Below, in pieces: positions 8,041-15,111 of a stretch of 17,110 nt of DNA. Both the position numbers and the translations under genes were made by a program. This stretch comes from Candidatus Nanohaloarchaea archaeon (GTDB taxonomy: Archaea > Nanohalarchaeota > Nanosalinia > Nanosalinales > Nanosalinaceae), in the NCBI GenBank assembly GCA_046497485.1, contig JAWOFP010000018.1, positions 1-17,110 of the forward strand, in the 5' to 3' direction. How positions within the stretch are numbered: position 1 is the first letter of the stretch; every line of letters begins with the position of its first letter. The notes under the pieces are model-generated. The model saw nothing but the letters and a program-made list of their open reading frames with translations. It had not been told where the DNA came from and made no database searches.

Positions 8041-9978
8041 CTAGATATCGGTTTTCTTCAATAACTGGGCATTGAAAGCAACTATAATTGTCGAAAGCGA
8101 CATAACTAGAGCACCGACAGCAGGTTGTAGTACAAGACCTATTGGCGCTGCAATTCCGGCCGCTAATGGAATCGCAAACGCGTTATAGCCTGTAGCCCAG
8201 AAAAGATTCTGCACCATCTTCGAGTAAGTCGCTTCCGAAATTTTCATAATCTTCACAACTCCTAGAGGACTATCATTAACGAGGACTATATCTGCAGATT
8301 CAACTGCTACATCTGTTCCGCTTCCAATCGCTACTCCGACATCTGCCCGAGTTAGTGCGACCGCATCATTTACACCGTCACCGACCATCATAACTTCTCC
8401 ATCTTCTTGAAGCTCCTGTACTTTCTTATCCTTCTCATCAGGGAGAACTTCAGCAAACCAGCTATCAATACCAAGCTCGTCCGCAACGGCTGAAGCCACA
8501 TCCTCAGAGTCACCAGTGATCATCGCAACTTCAACCCCTCTCTCATGCAAGACCTCAACTGTTTCGCGGCTTTCATCTCTTATATGGTCGCCGAGAGAGA
8601 CAGCACCAAGGATTTCGTCTTTAATTAAGCATACTACTGTCCGACCTTTGTCTCCTTCGTTTTCAGCAAATTCTTCGTATATAGTTTCGATTCCTAACTC
8701 TTCAAGCATCTTAGGCCCTCCAGCATAGTATGTTTCGCCTTCAATATCAGCTTTGACGCCTTTTCCCTTGATAGCTTCAAAATTATCTGTCTCAAGTAAA
8801 TTTAGTCCTCTTTCTTCTGCTTCTTCGACTATTGCTTTTCCAATAATATGTTCGGAGTTCTTCTCAATAGATGCAAGCTTCTGAAGATTCTCATCGCTAA
8901 TATTTGAGCCCTCTACTTTTTGTTCTCCTTCTGTCAGTGTTCCAGTCTTGTCGAACGCTACTGTGTCAATCTCTCTGGCCTGTTCCATCGCAGTTCTGTC
9001 ACGGACAACCGCCCCGTTCTTCGCGGACAAGGCCGTACTGATCGATACTACGAGAGGTATTGCGAGTCCTAGTGCGTGCGGACATGCGATTACAAGCACA
9101 GTTACTACTCTTTCTAATGTTGTCAACCCAAGGCCTGTAGCGAGAGTCCATGCGACCCCAGTAACGAATGCAGATCCTAGTGCGATGTAGAAAAGCCATC
9201 CTGCAGCTTTATCTGCGAGAAGCTGAGTCTCCGTCTTGTCTTCTTGGGCTTCGTCCACAAGCTTCATGATCCCAGACAATGCAGTGTCGTCTCCGGTTGC
9301 AGTAATCTTTACGCGAAGTGCGCCTTCCTGATTAACAGTTCCTCCGATTACTTCGTCTCCTTCAGACTTTGAGACCGGTTCAGACTCTCCTGTAATCATC
9401 GATTCATCGACCGATGAGTCTCCGTCGATTACTTCTCCATCGGCAGGAATCGAGCTTCCAGGCCGTACAAGTACTTTATCGCCTTTTTCCAGCTCCGAGA
9501 CTTCTATTTCCTCAGTCTCGTCTCCTTCAACTATTTTTTCGGCTGTATTCGGCACTAAGTCTTTGAGCTCATCAAGTGCAGATGAGGCCTGGCGCACAGA
9601 TCTCATTTCGATCCAGTGGCCGAGCAGCATGATATCAATCAGAGTTACTAGCTCCCAGAAGAATGAGGATGCGTCAGCAATAAATAGCGAAACTATACTG
9701 TAAGTAAAGGCCACCATTATGGCTAGAGAAATCAAAGCCATCATCCCTGGCTTTCTATCTTCTAGCTCGCCCTTCGCCATTTTAAGAAATGGTAGGCCTC
9801 CATATAGAAAGATTATTATGGAGAATACTGGGACAATAAGATTGCTGCCGGCGAATTCGATAGGATTATAGTTTAAGAGACCTGATACAAATGTCGAAAA
9901 GTATAGAACCGGTATAGATAGAGCTGTTGAGATGAAGAATTTCTTCTTGAACATTTTTTCGTGGTGTTTATGACTCAC
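8041..9978 (-). CDS. copB: Copper-translocating P1B-type ATPase, CopB (P1B-3) type
   Basis: CPH motif ([10 protein letters not shown]), DKTGTLT phosphorylation site, TGES, SEH, GDGVNDA, YN and MSLS TM motifs, LLGHWIEM. Only a short His-containing N-terminus (MSHKHH). Confidence 0.93.
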   Translation of the reverse strand: MSHKHHEKMFKKKFFISTALSIPVLYFSTFVSGLLNYNPIEFAGSNLIVPVFSIIIFLYGGLPFLKMAKGELEDRKPGMMALISLAIMVAFTYSIVSLFIADASSFFWELVTLIDIMLLGHWIEMRSVRQASSALDELKDLVPNTAEKIVEGDETEEIEVSELEKGDKVLVRPGSSIPADGEVIDGDSSVDESMITGESEPVSKSEGDEVIGGTVNQEGALRVKITATGDDTALSGIMKLVDEAQEDKTETQLLADKAAGWLFYIALGSAFVTGVAWTLATGLGLTTLERVVTVLVIACPHALGLAIPLVVSISTALSAKNGAVVRDRTAMEQAREIDTVAFDKTGTLTEGEQKVEGSNISDENLQKLASIEKNSEHIIGKAIVEEAEERGLNLLETDNFEAIKGKGVKADIEGETYYAGGPKMLEELGIETIYEEFAENEGDKGRTVVCLIKDEILGAVSLGDHIRDESRETVEVLHERGVEVAMITGDSEDVASAVADELGIDSWFAEVLPDEKDKKVQELQEDGEVMMVGDGVNDAVALTRADVGVAIGSGTDVAVESADIVLVNDSPLGVVKIMKISEATYSKMVQNLFWATGYNAFAIPLAAGIAAPIGLVLQPAVGALVMSLSTIIVAFNAQLLKKTDI

Positions 9979-10001
9979 TTTTCTAGGCCTCTATCTTCTA
10001 G

Positions 10002-10151
10002 TTATTCTTCCTGCTGTTTATTTTGTGTTATTTCCTGTATAATATAGATTACTCCGAGTGCTGCAAGTATCAAGATTATCAGCCCTGTTAATGGTCCGAA
10101 ACCGTACATTCCCAATCCGTGGCCGATTCCCGTCATTATTTCGTGCATCAT
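10002..10151 (-). CDS. 49-aa Met/His/Gly-rich single-pass membrane microprotein (not in the ORF track)
   Basis: MMHEIMTGIGHGLGMYGFGPLTGLIILILAALGVIYIIQEITQNKQQEE*. The ATG overlaps the TGA of the DUF305 gene (ATGA), and the ORF fills the gap to within 23 nt of copB. Confidence 0.8.
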   Translation of the reverse strand: MMHEIMTGIGHGLGMYGFGPLTGLIILILAALGVIYIIQEITQNKQQEE

Positions 10152-10714
10152 AGTATTTCTTCCTCCTGCCATCTCCGCATTCTTTCTATCTCGTTTTCTT
10201 GGGCATCTATCATCTGTCCCTGCATCTCTCGGAGTTCGGTGTTTTCTCCAGAGTTGTAGAAGTTCTGCGCCATTGTAATACCGCCTTCATGATGCTCAAT
10301 CATTAACTCAGCAAACAACTGGTTGTATTCACTACCGTTACTGTTTCTCAACTGTTGCATCTCTTCCTGCGAAGCCATTCCAGCCATAGGATGATGGTTT
10401 CCGGGATTATATCCGAGTTCCTGCATCCATTCTATCATCTGTTCATTTTCTCGTGTCTGAGCTTCTGAAATATTGTTTGAAAGTTCGAGTATATTCTCGT
10501 TATCTGTCCTATTTTCTGACAGCTCTGCCATTTCGATCGCTTGGTTATGGTGCACGATCATCATGTTCATGAACATCACATCGTTTCTGTTGAAATCGCC
10601 GTTTTCAGTAGTATCTGTATCTGTTTGAACCAGTACAAACCCTGATATGACCAGAATACCTGCTGCTACAAAAGCAATTTTCTTGATGTTGAAATTTTCA
10701 GTTTCTAAATCCAC
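10148..10714 (-). CDS. DUF305 (CopM-like) membrane-anchored copper-binding protein
   Basis: N-terminal TM helix and two DUF305 repeats: DVMFMNMMIVHHNQAIEMA and LFAELMIEHHEGGITMA...IDAQENEIERM. Confidence 0.92.
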   Translation of the reverse strand: MDLETENFNIKKIAFVAAGILVISGFVLVQTDTDTTENGDFNRNDVMFMNMMIVHHNQAIEMAELSENRTDNENILELSNNISEAQTRENEQMIEWMQELGYNPGNHHPMAGMASQEEMQQLRNSNGSEYNQLFAELMIEHHEGGITMAQNFYNSGENTELREMQGQMIDAQENEIERMRRWQEEEIL

Positions 10715-10740
10715 AATAACGTTGTATGCTAAATCCTTTT

Positions 10741-10785
10741 TATATCATATAGTGATACATCATTTTTATATCATATGCTGACATA
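10741..10785. promoter_or_regulatory. Two tandem imperfect palindromes (TATATCA-N5-TGAYAYA); candidate operators of the PadR-like regulator in a divergent promoter
   Basis: TATATCA-TATAG-TGATACA (10741-10759) and TATATCA-TATGC-TGACATA (10767-10785), 26 bp apart. Each lies within a 14-nt direct repeat TTTTTATATCATAT (10737-10750, 10763-10776). Confidence 0.65.
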
Positions 10786-10794
10786 GTGACGTGC

Positions 10795-11190
10795 ATGGAA
10801 GACCTAAATATTTCAAATACTACAAAACTCTACACGCTTTTACTACTGGAAACAGAACCTAAACACGGATACCAGATAATAGACGACCTAGAGCAGATAA
10901 CAGGAAAAAGACCTACAACATCTCACATCTATCCTTTCCTGCAGGAATTATCCGATCGAGATTACGTGGATACGCATAAAGAAGGCCGGAAAAAAGTCTA
11001 CGAACTAACACAAAACGGAGAAAACTTTGTAGAGGAACAGATCAGCTCCTTCAGCGAAATCCTGGACGCAGCTTTACAGGATAAAATCACTGAATGCAGT
11101 CATTGCGGCTGTGAAATTTATTCCGGAGGTTACGAAGAGAATGGAGAAGTTTTCTGCTGTAAACACTGCGCGTCAAACAGTGAAGAATAA
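10795..11190 (+). CDS. PadR-family winged-helix regulator with a C-terminal Cys-rich metal-binding domain
   Basis: PKHGYQII, HIYPFLQEL and GRKKVYELTQNG match PadR. The tail is CSHCGC-x14-FCCKHC. ATG 10795 is preferred; GTG 10786 is the alternative. Confidence 0.9.
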   Translation: MEDLNISNTTKLYTLLLLETEPKHGYQIIDDLEQITGKRPTTSHIYPFLQELSDRDYVDTHKEGRKKVYELTQNGENFVEEQISSFSEILDAALQDKITECSHCGCEIYSGGYEENGEVFCCKHCASNSEE

Positions 11191-11202
11191 GAAAAAATAA
11201 AA

Positions 11203-11607
11203 TTAGGTTACTGTGATTAGGCCTCTCTGACCTTGTTCAGCGTGATTTCCTACTGAGCAAAGGAACTCAAATTCTCCCGTCTCATCGAAAGTTACCACGA
11301 AGCTTCTGGTTTCTTCTCCTACGAATGTTTCAGTACCTGCATCAAGCTCCGGAATCTTCAGGTTATGAGTTCCTTCAACATTTTCAAAATTAAATTTGAC
11401 AGTCTCTCCTTCCTCAAACTCTAGTTCAAGATCTTCCCTTTCGCCGTCAATTTCGTACCAAATATTTCCTCCCGTTACATTGACAGTTCTATCTACCTCT
11501 ACATCTTCAGTAGGAGCTTCTGAATTTTCTGCAGAATTCATACAGCCTGAGGTTATCAGTACTAGGCCTAAGAGTATTAAAGCCGTCTTTGTATTTGAAA
11601 AGTTCAT
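11203..11607 (-). CDS. Lipid-anchored cupredoxin, Gln at the axial ligand position
   Basis: Lipobox ITSGC; GTHNL plus CSVGNHAEQGQ. Paralogue of 4571-5002 (shared V.VDRT..V.GGN and F.VTFDETGE.EF.CSVG.HA.QG). Confidence 0.9.
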   Translation of the reverse strand: MNFSNTKTALILLGLVLITSGCMNSAENSEAPTEDVEVDRTVNVTGGNIWYEIDGEREDLELEFEEGETVKFNFENVEGTHNLKIPELDAGTETFVGEETRSFVVTFDETGEFEFLCSVGNHAEQGQRGLITVT

Positions 11608-11643
11608 TAACTCAAAGTTCGGTCTGGTCTTTCAAATAGTTTG

Positions 11644-12123
11644 TTAGAAAGGAAGATATGGTTTCAAGTGAATCATTAGAATGATTGTCCACCATCCAAC
11701 AACCGATATAAGTCCGAAGACTGCGGCAAACTTCTCAAAATGAGTAACATCTTTGTTATGAGATGGCCATTCATCCGCTAGGTCTTGAAAACGCGGATAG
11801 ACTTTTTCATTCAAGATAATACCGTTAATGAATATTACTGAAACTAGAGCCATTTTTACATGGAAGAAAGTGCCTTGAGCAATTCCGGGATTAGTGTAGA
11901 TCAAAAATGCCCCTGTAAAACCTATTATTCCGAGGCCTATCCAGATAAGAAGCGACATCAAAAGCGAGACTTTAGCTAGAACTGTTGAAAACTTGTTTTT
12001 GAAATGAAGATACATCAGCATTGAGTCTGTTGCTGTTACAGCGCCGACAGCTATAATAGCGCCGATAAAATGAAACATTCTAACACTGACCTGTGGATCC
12101 ATTAAGGCCTCTACCAGAGTCAT
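11644..12123 (-). CDS. Four-TM membrane protein, tentatively CopD/DUF2269-like fold
   Basis: Four hydrophobic helices with a His in TM1 (MFHFIG) and FHVKMALV before TM3. ATG 12123 is preferred because GAGGTG lies upstream and it overlaps the previous ORF's stop (ATGA). The family assignment is tentative. Confidence 0.75.
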   Translation of the reverse strand: MTLVEALMDPQVSVRMFHFIGAIIAVGAVTATDSMLMYLHFKNKFSTVLAKVSLLMSLLIWIGLGIIGFTGAFLIYTNPGIAQGTFFHVKMALVSVIFINGIILNEKVYPRFQDLADEWPSHNKDVTHFEKFAAVFGLISVVGWWTIILMIHLKPYLPF

Positions 12124-12233
12124 TCCCACTCCACCTCTCTAAGCTTCTGCACATGCTCTCTGATATAGTATAGAGAAACTCCTGCGATTACAAGAGCAAA
12201 AATGGTGAAAACTAGATGCAGAGACTCTATCAT
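12120..12233 (-). CDS. 37-aa single-pass membrane microprotein (not in the ORF track)
   Basis: MIESLHLVFTIFALVIAGVSLYYIREHVQKLREVEWE*. A TATA-like TTAAATA lies about 22-28 nt upstream of the ATG, and the stop overlaps the next ATG (ATGA). Confidence 0.72.
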   Translation of the reverse strand: MIESLHLVFTIFALVIAGVSLYYIREHVQKLREVEWE

Positions 12234-12290
12234 AAGTTAAGTTTCGAGGCCTGCTATTTAATTCTTGACTAAATCTCTCCAAAAAATGTT

Positions 12291-13247
12291 TTACTGGCTG
12301 GCATCGTCACCGGCGTTTTCTTCCATTTCTTCGGCATCTTCTTCATTTTCTACCGCTTCTTTAGTTTCGTCTTCTGCTTTTCCGACTTCATCCATCAAGT
12401 TGCCAAAGTTCTGCTGGAACTGCTCATTAGCCATTCCTGCGTTTTCCGCCATCCTATCTATCTCCTGTAACAAGTTTAGCAACTGTTCAGCTTCTTGGTA
12501 TGTATGTTTGGTTTCAGATTCCAGTTCTTCTTCAGTGGCTTCAGCTTCATCAATCAAGTTTAGAAGCTGCTTTCTACCTTGTTCAGTCTGCTGTTCATCT
12601 CTAGCTGTATGCCTCTCAAGTTCATGGATAAACTCGTTCAGCCTCTGACTGTTTATCCTCTGAGATAATTCCTCAACTTCTCCTTCTTCAAACTGTTCTT
12701 CTTTCTCGAGTTTCTCGGCCTTAATTATTTCCTGAGCTGTAAAACCTAGTTCTTGGGCTAATTCCTGAGATATATTTGAGGCCTGTAATTCTTCGTTTGC
12801 TTCATCAAGTATTAGATCGGCCGCATTTTTGCTGTTTTCAAATAATGCCTCTAAAGTCTCCATACTTAATTCAAAATTAGGATCTTCCTTAATCTTCGTA
12901 ATAAGATTCTGGACTTGCTGAATACTTTGATCAGCCTTCTGCTCCTCAGAATTCAAGGCATCTACTATATTTTCAAGGTCTTGGACAGCTTCACCTTCTC
13001 CCTCGACTATTTGAATCAAAAATTGAACCATCTTATCTTCTTCATTTACCTCTACTTTTTCTTCCTGTCTTAGCCTTTCAAGCCGGTCTTCTGTAATTTT
13101 ACCTTGTTTAAGGCCTCGAATCAACTCCTGGGTCTCATCTTCCTTATTTTTTTCATCATCTTCCATTTCAGCAAGAGTTCCAAGAAGAGACTCAGTAGAA
13201 CTTATCACTTTGCTCGTAGCCTCTAAACCCTTAACAATTCTCTCCAT
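12291..13247 (-). CDS. Highly acidic predicted coiled-coil protein of unknown function
   Basis: 318 aa, E/Q/L/A-rich, almost no Pro and few aromatics, with helical heptad-like patterning. Confidence 0.8.
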   Translation of the reverse strand: MERIVKGLEATSKVISSTESLLGTLAEMEDDEKNKEDETQELIRGLKQGKITEDRLERLRQEEKVEVNEEDKMVQFLIQIVEGEGEAVQDLENIVDALNSEEQKADQSIQQVQNLITKIKEDPNFELSMETLEALFENSKNAADLILDEANEELQASNISQELAQELGFTAQEIIKAEKLEKEEQFEEGEVEELSQRINSQRLNEFIHELERHTARDEQQTEQGRKQLLNLIDEAEATEEELESETKHTYQEAEQLLNLLQEIDRMAENAGMANEQFQQNFGNLMDEVGKAEDETKEAVENEEDAEEMEENAGDDASQ

Positions 13248-13280
13248 AGGCCTTAATTTCAGTAGAAGAATTAAAGAAGT

Positions 13281-13306
13281 TTCGCCGGAGCTGAGATTAA
13301 TGAACC
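13281..13306 (-). repeat. Degenerate direct repeat of the tRNA-Ser 3' end (att-like)
   Basis: TTCGCCGGAGCTGAGATTAATGAACC (13281-13306) versus TTCGCCGGAGCTGGGATT--TGAACC (13383-13406): 13 nt exact, one substitution and a 2-nt indel. Confidence 0.75.
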
Positions 13307-13384
13307 AACTGCCGGAAGCAGTTGACAGTTCCTTGAGGCCTGGATTTTCAGGCCTCTATATGATCGAAACTCTGTATATGAGTT

Positions 13385-13472
13385 CGCCGGAGCTGGGATT
13401 TGAACCCAGGAGGGCGCGTAATGGCCCACCAGCTTTCCAGGCTGGCACCTTTAGCCACTCAGTCACTCCGGC
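13385..13472 (-). tRNA. tRNA-Ser: tRNA-Ser(GGA)
   Basis: GCCGGAG/CTCCGGC acceptor with discriminator G, anticodon arm CCAGC-CTGGAAA-GCTGG, long variable arm GGGC...GCCC, and T arm CTGGG-TTCAAAT-CCCAG (88 nt). Confidence 0.96.
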
Positions 13473-13566
13473 TTAACTGGCAATCCAGTTAGCAGATATG
13501 GATGATTACAAGAACCATCTCCTATGAAATTATAGGCCTCTAGAAGCTTTAAATTAGAAAGGGAAA

Positions 13567-14133
13567 CTATGCTTTTTTCTCGACATATTTTTCCTCAATC
13601 TTCTTGAATAGTTCTAGGCCTTTCTCAGTATTAAACCGTCCTCTTGAGGTCTCAAAGAATTCATCTAATCCTTCAAAATCCGTCTCAGGATTTCCTTCGT
13701 AACGGTCTTCCGACTCGTATTTCAAGGCCTGTAGACACATATCAATCAAGTCCATATCTTTCACAAATTTAGCCTCACTGGACTCTCTTTCCTCATATTC
13801 TTTCCAGAGATCAAATACCTCATTGTTTAATGATTCAGATAGGTTCTTCACTGCCTCATATTCCTGTTCCTCTTTATCTTCTCGTCCATAATCTTTCTCA
13901 GCCCGGTACGGAATATCTCCAATCTCTGACTCGCCAATATCATGGATTAAAGCAATTTTTAGAGCCTTAACTTCGTTGAGCGCTTCCGACATATGGATCA
14001 TAGTTAGGGTCGCGACACTCCAAGAATGAGATGCAACTGTTTCAGGATCCTCTACGTTGTAAATCTGCCAACCTGTTCTCTTTACATCTTTCAAGTCAAG
14101 AACTTCTAAGTATTCATCGATCACTGCTTCCAC
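13567..14133 (-). CDS. HD-domain phosphohydrolase (YfbR/HDDC2-like 5'-deoxynucleotidase family)
   Basis: LKDVKRTGW, ETVASHSW, ALIHDIGESEIGDI and EAKFVKDMDLIDM. The GTG start overlaps the end of cbf5 by 13 nt. Confidence 0.92.
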   Translation of the reverse strand: MEAVIDEYLEVLDLKDVKRTGWQIYNVEDPETVASHSWSVATLTMIHMSEALNEVKALKIALIHDIGESEIGDIPYRAEKDYGREDKEEQEYEAVKNLSESLNNEVFDLWKEYEERESSEAKFVKDMDLIDMCLQALKYESEDRYEGNPETDFEGLDEFFETSRGRFNTEKGLELFKKIEEKYVEKKA

Positions 14134-15086
14134 CGTTTAGGGTAGATTCCAGGATCCATGTAAACATTATTCACATTTACAGCTTCCAAATCGGAGTCAA
14201 ACATTTTTTGAGAACTAGTTTTAGCTTTTCCAAGCGCAATAAGCTCTCCTTTCAGTGTTACTATCGCCACAGTTTCGCCTTCGGATATATTGCCCTGCAG
14301 CTTTGAGACGCCTGAAGACCCAAGGTTTGAGCCATTAGCTACGGCATTTACGGCTGAATCCTTCACAACTATCTTTCTTAGATGGGTTACAGCCCTTTCA
14401 ATAGGATTTAAGACTTCTCTCAAGGCCTCTTCATTATTATCTTCTGTGTAGAATTTGTAGGCATCTACTACTTCCTGTAACGTATTCAGGTTTTCTTCTG
14501 TCAGGCCTCCCTGCATAGTTCTTCTTAACTCCGTCATCTCTGCTTCTGTATCAAGTTTTTCGCCCAGCTGTTCTGCTAGGACTCTTACATAGAAGCCTGA
14601 TTCACATTTTACTCTACCTAGAACCTTTTTTCCCTCTACTTCAATCAGTTCGATCTCGTAGACTTCTCTTTCTCTTTCCTGTTTCTTGACAGCGGATTTT
14701 TCCGGAGGCACCTGCTTATTAGTTCCTTTAAACTCCTGTAAAATTTCTCTAACTTTTTCTTCAGGCCTTTCATGATTTAATTTAATCTCGAAAATATATT
14801 CTTTATCGGCTTTAGAAAGCGCAGGATTGATCCTAGTACCCGAGTCTAGGCCTATCGGTAGAATCCCTGTCGCGTTTGGATCCAAGGTACCGAAATGGCC
14901 TGTCTTCTTCAGTTTTAATTCTTCCTTCACCCAGTAGCTTACTTGATTGCTTGTAGGGCCGTAAGGCTTGTCAATTACTACAAATCCTTTATCCAGTAAG
15001 TCTTCGATAGATCGTTTTTCGGGTATTGATCCAAACTTAGGATCTGTCTCGGCCTCTTCTTTAGTGTACCAGGTTTCCTGCTTCAT
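14121..15086 (-). CDS. cbf5: H/ACA RNA-guided / tRNA Psi55 pseudouridine synthase Cbf5
   Basis: IDKPYGPTSNQV, GHFGTLDPNATG (catalytic Asp), QVPPEKSAVK, CESGFYVR, MTELRRT and a C-terminal PUA domain ending YPKRWK. Confidence 0.96.
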   Translation of the reverse strand: MKQETWYTKEEAETDPKFGSIPEKRSIEDLLDKGFVVIDKPYGPTSNQVSYWVKEELKLKKTGHFGTLDPNATGILPIGLDSGTRINPALSKADKEYIFEIKLNHERPEEKVREILQEFKGTNKQVPPEKSAVKKQEREREVYEIELIEVEGKKVLGRVKCESGFYVRVLAEQLGEKLDTEAEMTELRRTMQGGLTEENLNTLQEVVDAYKFYTEDNNEEALREVLNPIERAVTHLRKIVVKDSAVNAVANGSNLGSSGVSKLQGNISEGETVAIVTLKGELIALGKAKTSSQKMFDSDLEAVNVNNVYMDPGIYPKRWKQ

Positions 15087-15111
15087 AGCTACAAGTGTAA
15101 AAGGAATTTTT

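Noticed and set aside
12161..12167. TGATATA resembling the copper-locus operator
   Set aside because: Only a half-site, with no partner at the 5-nt spacing, and it lies inside the 37-aa ORF.
13210..13476. 88-aa plus-strand ORF across the tRNA-Ser region
   Set aside because: It is antisense to the tRNA and its duplicated end; the repeated SPEL peptide is just the DNA repeat translated.
13491..13525. Nine-codon minus-strand ORF (MVLVIIHIC) preceded by AGGAG, upstream of tRNA-Ser
   Set aside because: Too short, the SD-like sequence abuts the ATG with no spacer, and it lies in a probable tRNA leader.
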